Assembly (NCBI GenBank): GCA_021852325.1
Contig: JAJZNM010000003.1
Span: 1-25,235, forward strand
DNA: 25,235 bases
Direction of reading: 5' to 3'
Origin: Pseudomonadota bacterium
GTDB lineage: Bacteria; Pseudomonadota; Gammaproteobacteria; JAKAQQ01
Made by a program: the position numbers and the translations under genes
In this document: positions 18,106 through 25,235 of the stretch, in pieces
Layout: each line of letters starts with the position of its first letter
How positions within the stretch are numbered: position 1 is the stretch's first letter
Notes under the pieces: model-generated
The model's database searches: none
Told to the model about the DNA's origin: nothing
The model's input: only the letters and a program-made list of their open reading frames with translations

Positions 18106-19832
18106 TGAACCGGCCCCACCTTTCCGACACCGCTATCGAGTCGCGCGCGCGGCTCTATGCATACATTGATGGATCGGAACTCGAACTTGCGGAAACCTTG
18201 TGCCAAAGCCTGCTGGGCAGCCAGATGGATGATCCGGAACTCCTCTACTTGTCCGGGGTCATTGCCCATAAAGCCGGGCATGCCCAAGAGGCCATCCAGC
18301 GCTTCCGCCAGGCGATCCCGCGCGCACCGACGCTGGAAAGCCGCGCGGCGTGCCTGATCGGGCTCGCAAAAGCCCATTGGATGCTGGAGCAGCTTGAGCA
18401 GGCACAGGCCGCTTTCGAAGAGGCCGGCCGGTTGCGGCCGGAACTGGCATCCACCTGGGTTTCGCTCGGTGCCGTCCACACAACCCTCGGGAATCCACTC
18501 GCTGCCGAGAGTTGCTTTAAGCGCGCGCTTGTGCTGGATCCGGATGAACCGGACGCGCTAACCGGGCTCGGACTCTGCCTGATGGATTTCGGACGCTATG
18601 CCGAAGCCCGGGCATCCCTGGAGCAAGTTCTCCAAAGATTTCCGGTGCATCCGGAGGCCGAGCAGGCACTTTGCACGCTCGATCGAATCACCGGAAACTT
18701 TGAAGCCGCAGAAAAGCGGCTGTTCGCACTGCTCAGCGAACACCCCGACCGCATGGGTTACGGTGACCTGGCTTCGATCAAAACCTTCAAGACTCCTGAC
18801 GACCCGAGGCTTGGCTTTCTGGAAAGTCGATACCAGTCCCTGCAGCCTGTAGTGACTCCGGAAGTGGTCCGGATTGATCTTATGTTTGGACTCGCCCGGG
18901 CCTATGACGATCTCGGAAGGCCTGAGGAAGCTTTCCCCTTGCTCGAAGCAGCCTCAAAGCTCAGACGCCGACATCTCAAGTTCGACCTCGCAACCGAAGA
19001 AGAACGCATGAAACGGATCGCCGGTATCTTCAGTCGCGTGTTCATCGAGCGATGCTGCCTTGATCACAACCCCTCGTCACCCCAGCCTCTTTTCATCGTG
19101 GGCCTTCCCCGTTCCGGTTCCACCCTGTTGGAACATATCCTGAGCGCTCATCCCGACATTGCAGCCAGCGGCGAACTCACGATTCTGCCCCGTCTGGCCG
19201 TCGGGCTCGGCGCGACCTGGGGTCGTGTGCCCGGGTTCCCCAACGCGCTCCCCGAAGCCCGCGCCAAGCGCGACCTCCAGGATTTCAGACTCCAGTATTT
19301 TCGTGAAATCGAAACGATGACCGGATACCAGCCTTCCGGCATATTCACCGACAAGCTGCTCGGTAATTTTCTCTTCATCGGGCTCATCCGAATGGCTTTC
19401 CCGGGCGCACACATCATACACATGCAAAGACATCCCCTGGATCAGGCTCTTTCCGCCTATCGCCAGCTTTTCACCCAAGGACATGCCTACACCTACGATC
19501 TCGAAGAGTTCGGGCATTACTTCATCGCCTACCAGAGACTCATGGCCCACTGGCGTGAAGTCGCCGGCGAGGCGATCTACGATCTCGCATATGAATCGCT
19601 GGCCAGTGACCCCGAACCGGAAATCCGGAAACTCATGGATTTCCTGGGTCTCCCTTTCGCCTCTGCGTGTCTCGCAACCGAGACCATCAGCCGCCCCGTG
19701 CGGACAGCGAGCGCGACCCAGGTTCGCGATCACATCCATCAGGATTCAATCGGGCACTGGAAGCACTACCGGATTCAGCTTGAACCCTTGCGGCAGATGC
19801 TGGGGCCATGGATCCCGCCCGAACCCAGCTGA
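18105..19832 (+). CDS. TPR-repeat sulfotransferase (copy 3)
   Basis: Multiple TPRs, IVGLPRSGSTLLEHIL, TDKLLGNF, RHPLDQALSAY, YESLASDPE and RTASATQVR. Confidence 0.9.
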   Translation: MNRPHLSDTAIESRARLYAYIDGSELELAETLCQSLLGSQMDDPELLYLSGVIAHKAGHAQEAIQRFRQAIPRAPTLESRAACLIGLAKAHWMLEQLEQAQAAFEEAGRLRPELASTWVSLGAVHTTLGNPLAAESCFKRALVLDPDEPDALTGLGLCLMDFGRYAEARASLEQVLQRFPVHPEAEQALCTLDRITGNFEAAEKRLFALLSEHPDRMGYGDLASIKTFKTPDDPRLGFLESRYQSLQPVVTPEVVRIDLMFGLARAYDDLGRPEEAFPLLEAASKLRRRHLKFDLATEEERMKRIAGIFSRVFIERCCLDHNPSSPQPLFIVGLPRSGSTLLEHILSAHPDIAASGELTILPRLAVGLGATWGRVPGFPNALPEARAKRDLQDFRLQYFREIETMTGYQPSGIFTDKLLGNFLFIGLIRMAFPGAHIIHMQRHPLDQALSAYRQLFTQGHAYTYDLEEFGHYFIAYQRLMAHWREVAGEAIYDLAYESLASDPEPEIRKLMDFLGLPFASACLATETISRPVRTASATQVRDHIHQDSIGHWKHYRIQLEPLRQMLGPWIPPEPS

Positions 19833-19843
19833 GTGTTTCCAGC

Positions 19844-21010
19844 ATGACCCGAGCCACGCATTCCGCTCCTCCTCAAACCCCTATTTTGCGCAATGGGCCC
19901 ATTGCGCGTTGGGTTCGGTCCCGCATCGAGAAAGCCGGCATTGTGCCTGCCGGCCCCAATCCGTGGGATATCGAGATCCGGGATGGACGCTTTTTCCACA
20001 AGGTGTTTTTTCAAGGAACGCTCGGCTTCGGGGAATCCTACATGGATGGCGACTGGGAGGCACCGGCACTCGACCGCTGTCTCGAAAGGCTGGTCGCCCA
20101 AGGCCTCGATGACCCCCCGGGACTGGCCCGGATCCTGGAGCGGGCGCGTACCCTGGCTGGCTGGCTCCTCAATCTCCAGAATCCACGGCGGGCCTTCGAA
20201 GTCGGACGGCGGCACTATGACCGCGGTCTCGACCTCTTCCAGGCCATGCTCGACCCGCAACTGATCTACAGCTGCGGCTACTGGAAAGAGGCCCGGACGC
20301 TCGAGGCGGCGCAGGAAGCCAAATGCGCGCTCATCTGCCGGAAACTCGGGCTCGCCCCGGGGCTGCGCCTCCTCGACATCGGATGCGGCTTCGGCGGTCT
20401 CGCCCGCTATGCCGCGGAACACTATGGGGTCGAAGTGCATGGCATCACGGTCTCGCGCCAGCAGTTCGAGTACGCAAAGACTCACACCGCGGATCTCCCC
20501 ATCCATTTCGAGATCCGGGATTACCGGGACCTCGATGGCACCTACGACCGGGTTGTCTCGGTCGGCATGTTCGAGCACGTGGGGGCCAGGAACTACCGGG
20601 CCTTCTTCGAGACCGTACACCGGGTGCTCCGACCGGAAGGGCTCTTTCTCCTCCATTCGATCGGCGGCAACCGCTCGCGGCAGCGCACCGATCCCTGGAT
20701 CGAGCGTTACATCTTTCCGAACAGTCTCGTGCCATCGGCCGCACAGATCACGCGCGCGTTCGAGAACCTGTTCGTCCTTGAGGACTGGCACAACTTTGGC
20801 GCCGACTACGAGAAGACCCTCAGGGCTTGGCACGACCGTTTTGAAGCGGCCTGGACGGCGCTCTCGAAAAGCTACGACGAGCGCTTTCACCGCATGTGGC
20901 GGCTTTACCTCCTGGCCAGTGCCGTCTCGTTCAAGCTCCGCAAGCTCCAGCTCTGGCAACTCGTCCTCTCGCCAACGGGCATCCCCGGCGGCTATCAAGC
21001 TCCACGCTGA
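19844..21010 (+). CDS. cfa: Cyclopropane-fatty-acyl-phospholipid synthase
   Basis: GTLGFGESYMDG, HYDRGLDLF, YSCGYW, SAM motif LLDIGCGFGG, SVGMFEHVG, WIERYIFP and F.RMWRLYL. An alternative ATG at 19808 overlaps the upstream gene. Confidence 0.92.
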   Translation: MTRATHSAPPQTPILRNGPIARWVRSRIEKAGIVPAGPNPWDIEIRDGRFFHKVFFQGTLGFGESYMDGDWEAPALDRCLERLVAQGLDDPPGLARILERARTLAGWLLNLQNPRRAFEVGRRHYDRGLDLFQAMLDPQLIYSCGYWKEARTLEAAQEAKCALICRKLGLAPGLRLLDIGCGFGGLARYAAEHYGVEVHGITVSRQQFEYAKTHTADLPIHFEIRDYRDLDGTYDRVVSVGMFEHVGARNYRAFFETVHRVLRPEGLFLLHSIGGNRSRQRTDPWIERYIFPNSLVPSAAQITRAFENLFVLEDWHNFGADYEKTLRAWHDRFEAAWTALSKSYDERFHRMWRLYLLASAVSFKLRKLQLWQLVLSPTGIPGGYQAPR

Positions 21011-21032
21011 GTCTCCACACCCGCCCGGGAGA

Positions 21033-21512
21033 TCAGGCCGGGAATCGGCACTCAGAGTCTCGAGCCACCCGCCGTCGGCCAATCAATTGCGCCCCCTTCA
21101 TGCCAGCCAACATCGATGCGACGAAGAGGATCACCGGGTACGATCCGCTCGCGAGGTCGGCGAGCGCGGGGGCGGGGCAAAGCCCCGCCAAGCCCCAGCC
21201 GGCCCCGAAGAGCGCCGCACCGGCCACGAGCCGGAGATCCACTGCGCGGTTCCGGGGGAGATCGTAATCCGGCGCGAACCAGGGCCCTGAAGGCTGACGG
21301 CCCGCCAAGCGGTACCCGAGCGCCGTGACGGTGACGGCTGCGAGGAGCACGCAGGCGAGCGTCGGATCAAAGCGCCCGGTCACATCGAGAAAGTGGATCA
21401 CCTTCCCGGGCTCGATCATTCCGGACAGGGCAAGACCCCACCCGAAGAGCAGGCCAGAAACCCACGCCGCGGCGCCCAGACGTCCCGGGGAGTTCTGCCG
21501 CTCAGCTACCAT
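21033..21512 (-). CDS. YeeE/YedE family sulfur-compound transporter subunit (second of pair, 159 aa)
   Basis: SGLLFGWGLALSGMIEPGKVIHFLDVTG.FDP and GAALFGAGWGLAGLCPAP (conserved Cys). Start reassigned from 21887 to ATG 21512, overlapping the partner's stop by 11 nt. Confidence 0.87.
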   Translation of the reverse strand: MVAERQNSPGRLGAAAWVSGLLFGWGLALSGMIEPGKVIHFLDVTGRFDPTLACVLLAAVTVTALGYRLAGRQPSGPWFAPDYDLPRNRAVDLRLVAGAALFGAGWGLAGLCPAPALADLASGSYPVILFVASMLAGMKGAQLIGRRRVARDSECRFPA

Positions 21513-21930
21513 GGCGAACCATCCAGACGGTGAGCATGCCGACGGACAGGAACACCACGACGGCGACGACCGACCGTCGCGAGCCCCGGGCGAGGCCGCA
21601 AACCCCGTGCCCGCTCGTGCAGCCGGACGCCATCTCGGTACCCACCCCCACGAGAATCCCCGACAGGGCCACGAGCGGCCATGGAACCGGGAAATGGATG
21701 GACCAGGAGATGCCTTGCATCCCCACCCAGCCCGCCGCACCCATGACGAGCCCTGCGAGGAAGCACCAGCGTGCGAATCCTCCCCTCCCGCGTGCTTCGA
21801 CCATCTGTCCCAAAAGCCCGGAGATGCCGGCAATCCGTCCCGCAGCCAGCCACCAGACGACGGCGCCTGAGCCGATGAGCAGGCCACCCACGAGTCCGCG
21901 GACCGGAGTGAAGTCCACCACGACGGTCAT
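21502..21930 (-). CDS. YeeE/YedE family sulfur-compound transporter subunit (first of pair)
   Basis: GGLLIG, GRIAGISG, GILVGVGTEMASGCTSGHGVCGLAR.S.RS (family GCTSGHG motif). Confidence 0.9.
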   Translation of the reverse strand: MTVVVDFTPVRGLVGGLLIGSGAVVWWLAAGRIAGISGLLGQMVEARGRGGFARWCFLAGLVMGAAGWVGMQGISWSIHFPVPWPLVALSGILVGVGTEMASGCTSGHGVCGLARGSRRSVVAVVVFLSVGMLTVWMVRHGS

Positions 21931-21958
21931 CCTCGCGAGTCCCGGGCCATCGAACGCA

Positions 21959-23044
21959 TCACCGGCCGAGCCTCAACCTGAAGCGATGGCCATTGATCGT
22001 GACGAGCTCAAGGAAAAGCGCACCGGCCGATCCATCCGGCAGCGGACGGGTGGCCGGAAGACGGATGGTCGCCTGTGCCCCCACCCGGGCCGTGATCCCT
22101 CCAAATCCGGGGACGAAGCGGTTATACCGGTAGACATTCCGGAAATCGTCCGCAGGCAGCCTGGACAGGGCATGCCGGGACCAGCGTTCGAGTACCCGTC
22201 CACCCGAACCGATCAGCCTCACGTCGATGATGTGTGCCGGCTCGGCCGCGGTGCCGGCATCCAGTACCGCATCAAAATGGACCGCTCCTCCGGGAGACAG
22301 CCAACCCCTGCTCAACTGGATGCCATGGCGGGTTGGGCTCACGGGATCCCCGTGGAACGATGACCAGATCGAGCCCCGGTAATAGTTGTAGGTCAACCCG
22401 ACAAAGAGGATCGTGAATGCGAGCCCGGCAAGACCCGCTCGACGGGTCCATTGGGGATCCATCGGACCACTCAGCAGCCACCGGAACCAGCCCCGACCCG
22501 CCCAGCCCGGCTTGCGGTCCAGGATCCAGCGATCGACCGAGAATGCCGGGGCCCCGCCGAGAAAGAGCGTGATGCCCATCGCGAGATTGGCGGAAGCCAT
22601 GGTCCATTCGTCGATACAGGTCGCACCCTGCCACCCGAAGAGCAGCATGAGCACGATGCTCAAACCGATCGTCACGAGGCTCGACAGGCGCGTCATGAAT
22701 CCGGCCATCAGAAAGAGCCCGGCGAGGAGCTCGACGACACTGAAGAGGATGAGTGCGGGATAAAGGATCGAAAAATGCCGGAGCAGGAAACCGACCAGAT
22801 GGCCCGTCCCGAGCAAGGCTCCGGGAATGGCTGATTGAAGCTTGTTGGCCATCCAGCTCGCGGCATGCGGGTCGAGTTTGGCTGGTGCGTAAATCAGGCG
22901 GCGGCTGCCACCGCCCCAGAAAATCCAGCCCTGGACGAACCGGATCGCGAGGAGGACGGTTCCGAGGAGGGTTGCGGTCTCGATGCCCTTTTCCCGGGCA
23001 CGGACCCCGGCGTTCAGGGGTGAGGGTCGCGTCTTCCACAGCAT
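21959..23044 (-). CDS. doxDA: Thiosulfate:quinone oxidoreductase, fused DoxD-DoxA
   Basis: IRFVQGWIFWGGGSRRLIY, KLDP...WMANK, transmembrane helices, conserved WQGATCIDEWTMA and a soluble C-terminal DoxA-like region. Confidence 0.85.
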   Translation of the reverse strand: MLWKTRPSPLNAGVRAREKGIETATLLGTVLLAIRFVQGWIFWGGGSRRLIYAPAKLDPHAASWMANKLQSAIPGALLGTGHLVGFLLRHFSILYPALILFSVVELLAGLFLMAGFMTRLSSLVTIGLSIVLMLLFGWQGATCIDEWTMASANLAMGITLFLGGAPAFSVDRWILDRKPGWAGRGWFRWLLSGPMDPQWTRRAGLAGLAFTILFVGLTYNYYRGSIWSSFHGDPVSPTRHGIQLSRGWLSPGGAVHFDAVLDAGTAAEPAHIIDVRLIGSGGRVLERWSRHALSRLPADDFRNVYRYNRFVPGFGGITARVGAQATIRLPATRPLPDGSAGALFLELVTINGHRFRLRLGR

Positions 23045-23062
23045 GGCATGGGCCCGGATGGC

Positions 23063-24100
23063 TCAATGCCCGACACGTCGGAGGCTCTGATGCGGGACGG
23101 GCCTGAAACCATAGTGTTCAAAAATGTGGAGCGCGACCCGCGAGCGCAGGAAACGGAGCCAGAGCCGTGCCGCACGGGGATGGGGGGACCCGCGCACCCG
23201 GGCCGCGGCGTAGACCGCGACCGTGTTGTCGGCTCGCGGAATCGCGACATACCGGATGGGGTGGCCGATCTGTTCCTGGAAAATCGCCTCGGATTTCCAG
23301 GTTACCCCCGCCTCAGCAAGACCCTGCATCAGGAACAGCGGGGTCTGGCGATGGTGGATATGGGTCAGGATCGTCTCCCCGTTCCGGACCTTGGTGCCGT
23401 AGACCGCTTCCGCGAGCCTTCGGCCACCGGCCTTGACCAAGGACGAGCGGATCTGGCGCGCGACCCCTTCCCAGGCGGGGTTCGGCATGGCGAGGCGCAC
23501 CCCGGGCCGTCCGAGATCGGACAGGGAATGGACCTGTCCGGGGTTGCCGCGTGGAATCATGATCGCGAGATCATTGGTGGCATAGTCGACCACGGGACCC
23601 CGGAGAAGCCCATGCCGGATCGCGGCCTCGACCTTGCGTTGGCCGGCCGCGAAAACATCCGGTTCAACACGCCAGGTCATGTTCCCGACCGTGATCGTGT
23701 CCTGGTCATGGATCTGGCGGAGGAGGATTCCCGGTGGGAGGGTCTCATAGTAGATGAGACCCTTGAGGCCGGGATGGCGGGATTCGAACGCGTGGACGAG
23801 CGGCGCCATGGCAAAGTAGTAGTTCCCGCCAACGAAGATCACGAGCTGCGCCGTTTCCGGGTCGCCATGGAAATCAGCCAGGTCATCGACTTCCGGGACA
23901 CTAAACCCGAGCCCACGGTAGGTGCTGGGATCGTTCCGCCCCTTCTGCCAGGGGGGGAACAGCCGGCCGCGATAAGCCGGGGCGCTCACGGCCTCCGGAC
24001 ACGCGACTGCTCGGGTCCTGTGGGGGCTTGCAACGATCGGGGGGCTCGCGATCAGGGCAGACACGGCCAGTGCGAGCAGCAAAGGTTTGACCTCGTTCAT
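23063..24100 (-). CDS. Periplasmic oxyanion (thiosulfate/molybdate-type, ModA-like) substrate-binding protein
   Basis: Signal peptide MNEVKPLLLALAVSALIA, LVIFVGGNYYFAM, YYETLPPG, LGRPGVRLAMPNPAWEG and GVTWKSEA. ATG 24100 follows GGAG (track TTG start at 24118). No ABC permease is nearby. Confidence 0.8.
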   Translation of the reverse strand: MNEVKPLLLALAVSALIASPPIVASPHRTRAVACPEAVSAPAYRGRLFPPWQKGRNDPSTYRGLGFSVPEVDDLADFHGDPETAQLVIFVGGNYYFAMAPLVHAFESRHPGLKGLIYYETLPPGILLRQIHDQDTITVGNMTWRVEPDVFAAGQRKVEAAIRHGLLRGPVVDYATNDLAIMIPRGNPGQVHSLSDLGRPGVRLAMPNPAWEGVARQIRSSLVKAGGRRLAEAVYGTKVRNGETILTHIHHRQTPLFLMQGLAEAGVTWKSEAIFQEQIGHPIRYVAIPRADNTVAVYAAARVRGSPHPRAARLWLRFLRSRVALHIFEHYGFRPVPHQSLRRVGH

Positions 24101-24187
24101 GGTGACTCCGGGAATCAAATGTGGAGGGCTTCCGGCTGTCGGGTGTGGGGTGAGCCGGGCAAGCCGGCTCGCCCGATCGACCAGCCC

Positions 24188-24757
24188 TTACATGCGCATC
24201 AGGGCGTAGCCCTCATCCTGCTGGATGACGAGCGTCGTCAACGCCGAGAGAACCACCCGGATCTGCGGATTCACTTCGGAAGGTGTGAAATGCATGTCAC
24301 CGAGCGCATTGCCGCAGACCCAGATCCGGACACCGGCCCGTTTCAGTGCCGCGATGATGCGGAGGTTCGGATTCGGGTGGTGGAATTTCATTTCGAACGC
24401 GCGTTCGCCCAGGGCAATCGGCGTTGCCGGTCCATGGATGATGACCACAAAGCGCAGGTGGTTGAGGGGCACGTTTGCGGCTGCGAAGGTGTTCACGGCG
24501 CGGGCGATGTGGTCCAGTCCGGGGTTGAGCTCGAGAAAGCTCTTTCCGGGTTTGGTCAAATCAAAGAGCGCCTTGTAGAGCTTGTGGGGGCCGGGTTTGT
24601 CGATCACATGGGGCCAGACGTGCACCGGTCCGTATCCCGGGATCGCGGGATACTGCCAGAAGGATCCGGCTTGTGCGAGTGCGGGCGTGAGTGCCCAAAA
24701 TAGCGTGGATAGCGCGGTGATCAGCCATAAAAACCGGTTTTGTGCGGAACGTGACAT
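24188..24757 (-). CDS. DsrE-like protein with Sec signal peptide
   Basis: Signal peptide ending ALA, YPAIPGYG, VVIIHGPA, NPN..II.AL..AGV.IWVCGNAL (conserved Cys) and LVIQQDEGYALM. GGGAG RBS upstream. Confidence 0.78.
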   Translation of the reverse strand: MSRSAQNRFLWLITALSTLFWALTPALAQAGSFWQYPAIPGYGPVHVWPHVIDKPGPHKLYKALFDLTKPGKSFLELNPGLDHIARAVNTFAAANVPLNHLRFVVIIHGPATPIALGERAFEMKFHHPNPNLRIIAALKRAGVRIWVCGNALGDMHFTPSEVNPQIRVVLSALTTLVIQQDEGYALMRM

Positions 24758-24867
24758 GGATCGTCTCCCTCATTGATTCAAGGGCCGTCCGGTTCGGGGG
24801 CGGCAACCGTGTGCCCTCAACCGGGCGAGCCCGGGAAGAGCGACTCGGATGGGTACTCTACAGACTT

Positions 24868-24925
24868 GATCGATATAAATAAAATACATCTTTATAATAT
24901 TATCTATATATAATATCTATATTAT
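24868..24925. promoter_or_regulatory. AT-rich divergent promoter and LysR operator region
   Basis: Extremely AT-rich tract in a GC-rich genome. T-N11-A boxes (e.g. 24898-24910 and 24874-24886) and a direct repeat TATCTATAT at 24901 and 24914, between the divergent dsrE-like and lysR genes. Confidence 0.7.
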
Positions 24926-24976
24926 GACCCGTTACCGAACCGCCGGACCCCTCACCCTGGGGCGCTCCCCAAGCCC

Positions 24977-25235
24977 ATGAACCTCTGGCATCTCGAAATT
25001 TTTGAAACCGTGGCGGAATCCGGCTCGATCAGCCTGGCCTCACAGAAACTGCATATCAGCCAGCCCGCCGTCACGAGCCAGATCAAGCAGCTCGAAGCAC
25101 GTCTCGGCATCACCCTGTTCGACCGGTTGCCGAGGGGCGTCCGGCTCACCGATGCCGGCGGCATGCTCCGGGAATACACCCGGCGCATCTTCGCCCTGAG
25201 CCGCGAAGCGCAACAGCGTGTGCAGGATCTCAAGG
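24977..25235 (+). CDS. LysR-type transcriptional regulator, N-terminal part (truncated by window end; absent from the ORF track)
   Basis: Translates to MNLWHLEIFETVAESGSISLASQKLHISQPAVTSQIKQLEARLGITLFDRLPRGVRLTDAG..., a canonical LysR winged HTH. Confidence 0.93.
   Translation, partial: MNLWHLEIFETVAESGSISLASQKLHISQPAVTSQIKQLEARLGITLFDRLPRGVRLTDAGGMLREYTRRIFALSREAQQRVQDLK

Noticed and set aside
21513-21887. N-terminal extension of the second YeeE ORF (284 aa in track)
   Set aside because: It is an alternative frame of the upstream YeeE gene with no family motifs.
1-25235. CRISPR arrays, tRNA/rRNA genes, IS elements, integrases, NRPS/PKS
   Set aside because: No periodic repeats, cloverleaf-like segments, terminal inverted repeats or corresponding protein motifs were seen by eye.

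Overview
GC-rich proteobacterial window, probably from a sulfur-oxidising gammaproteobacterium (inferred from doxDA, YeeE and DsrE content), with three blocks. (1) A core 2-oxoglutarate dehydrogenase operon, sucA-sucB-lpdA, on the minus strand (194-5771). (2) A ~14 kb, lower-GC accessory cluster (5913-19832) built around a Cys-rich TonB-dependent outer-membrane receptor. Its left arm has four Fe(II)/2-oxoglutarate oxygenases: two TIGR02466-like, one TPR-fused Asp/Asn beta-hydroxylase-like and one Sel1-repeat-fused prolyl 4-hydroxylase-like. Its right arm has three TPR-fused PAPS-dependent sulfotransferases and an SseB-like protein, followed directly by cfa. No NRPS/PKS, exporter, peptidase or PAPS-synthesis gene is present in the window, so the substrate is unknown. 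A 36-codon RBS-led ORF (7988-8098) and an unexplained ~680 bp gap (10138-10814) are candidate precursor loci. (3) A LysR-controlled thiosulfate-handling operon: signal-peptide DsrE-like protein, periplasmic oxyanion-binding protein, fused DoxDA (TQO) and a YeeE/YedE pair; the LysR gene is truncated by the window end. Block 2, a putative receptor-centred hydroxylate-then-sulfate peptide/protein tailoring system, is the main candidate for an undescribed system. All family assignments come from motif recognition by eye; no database searches were run.
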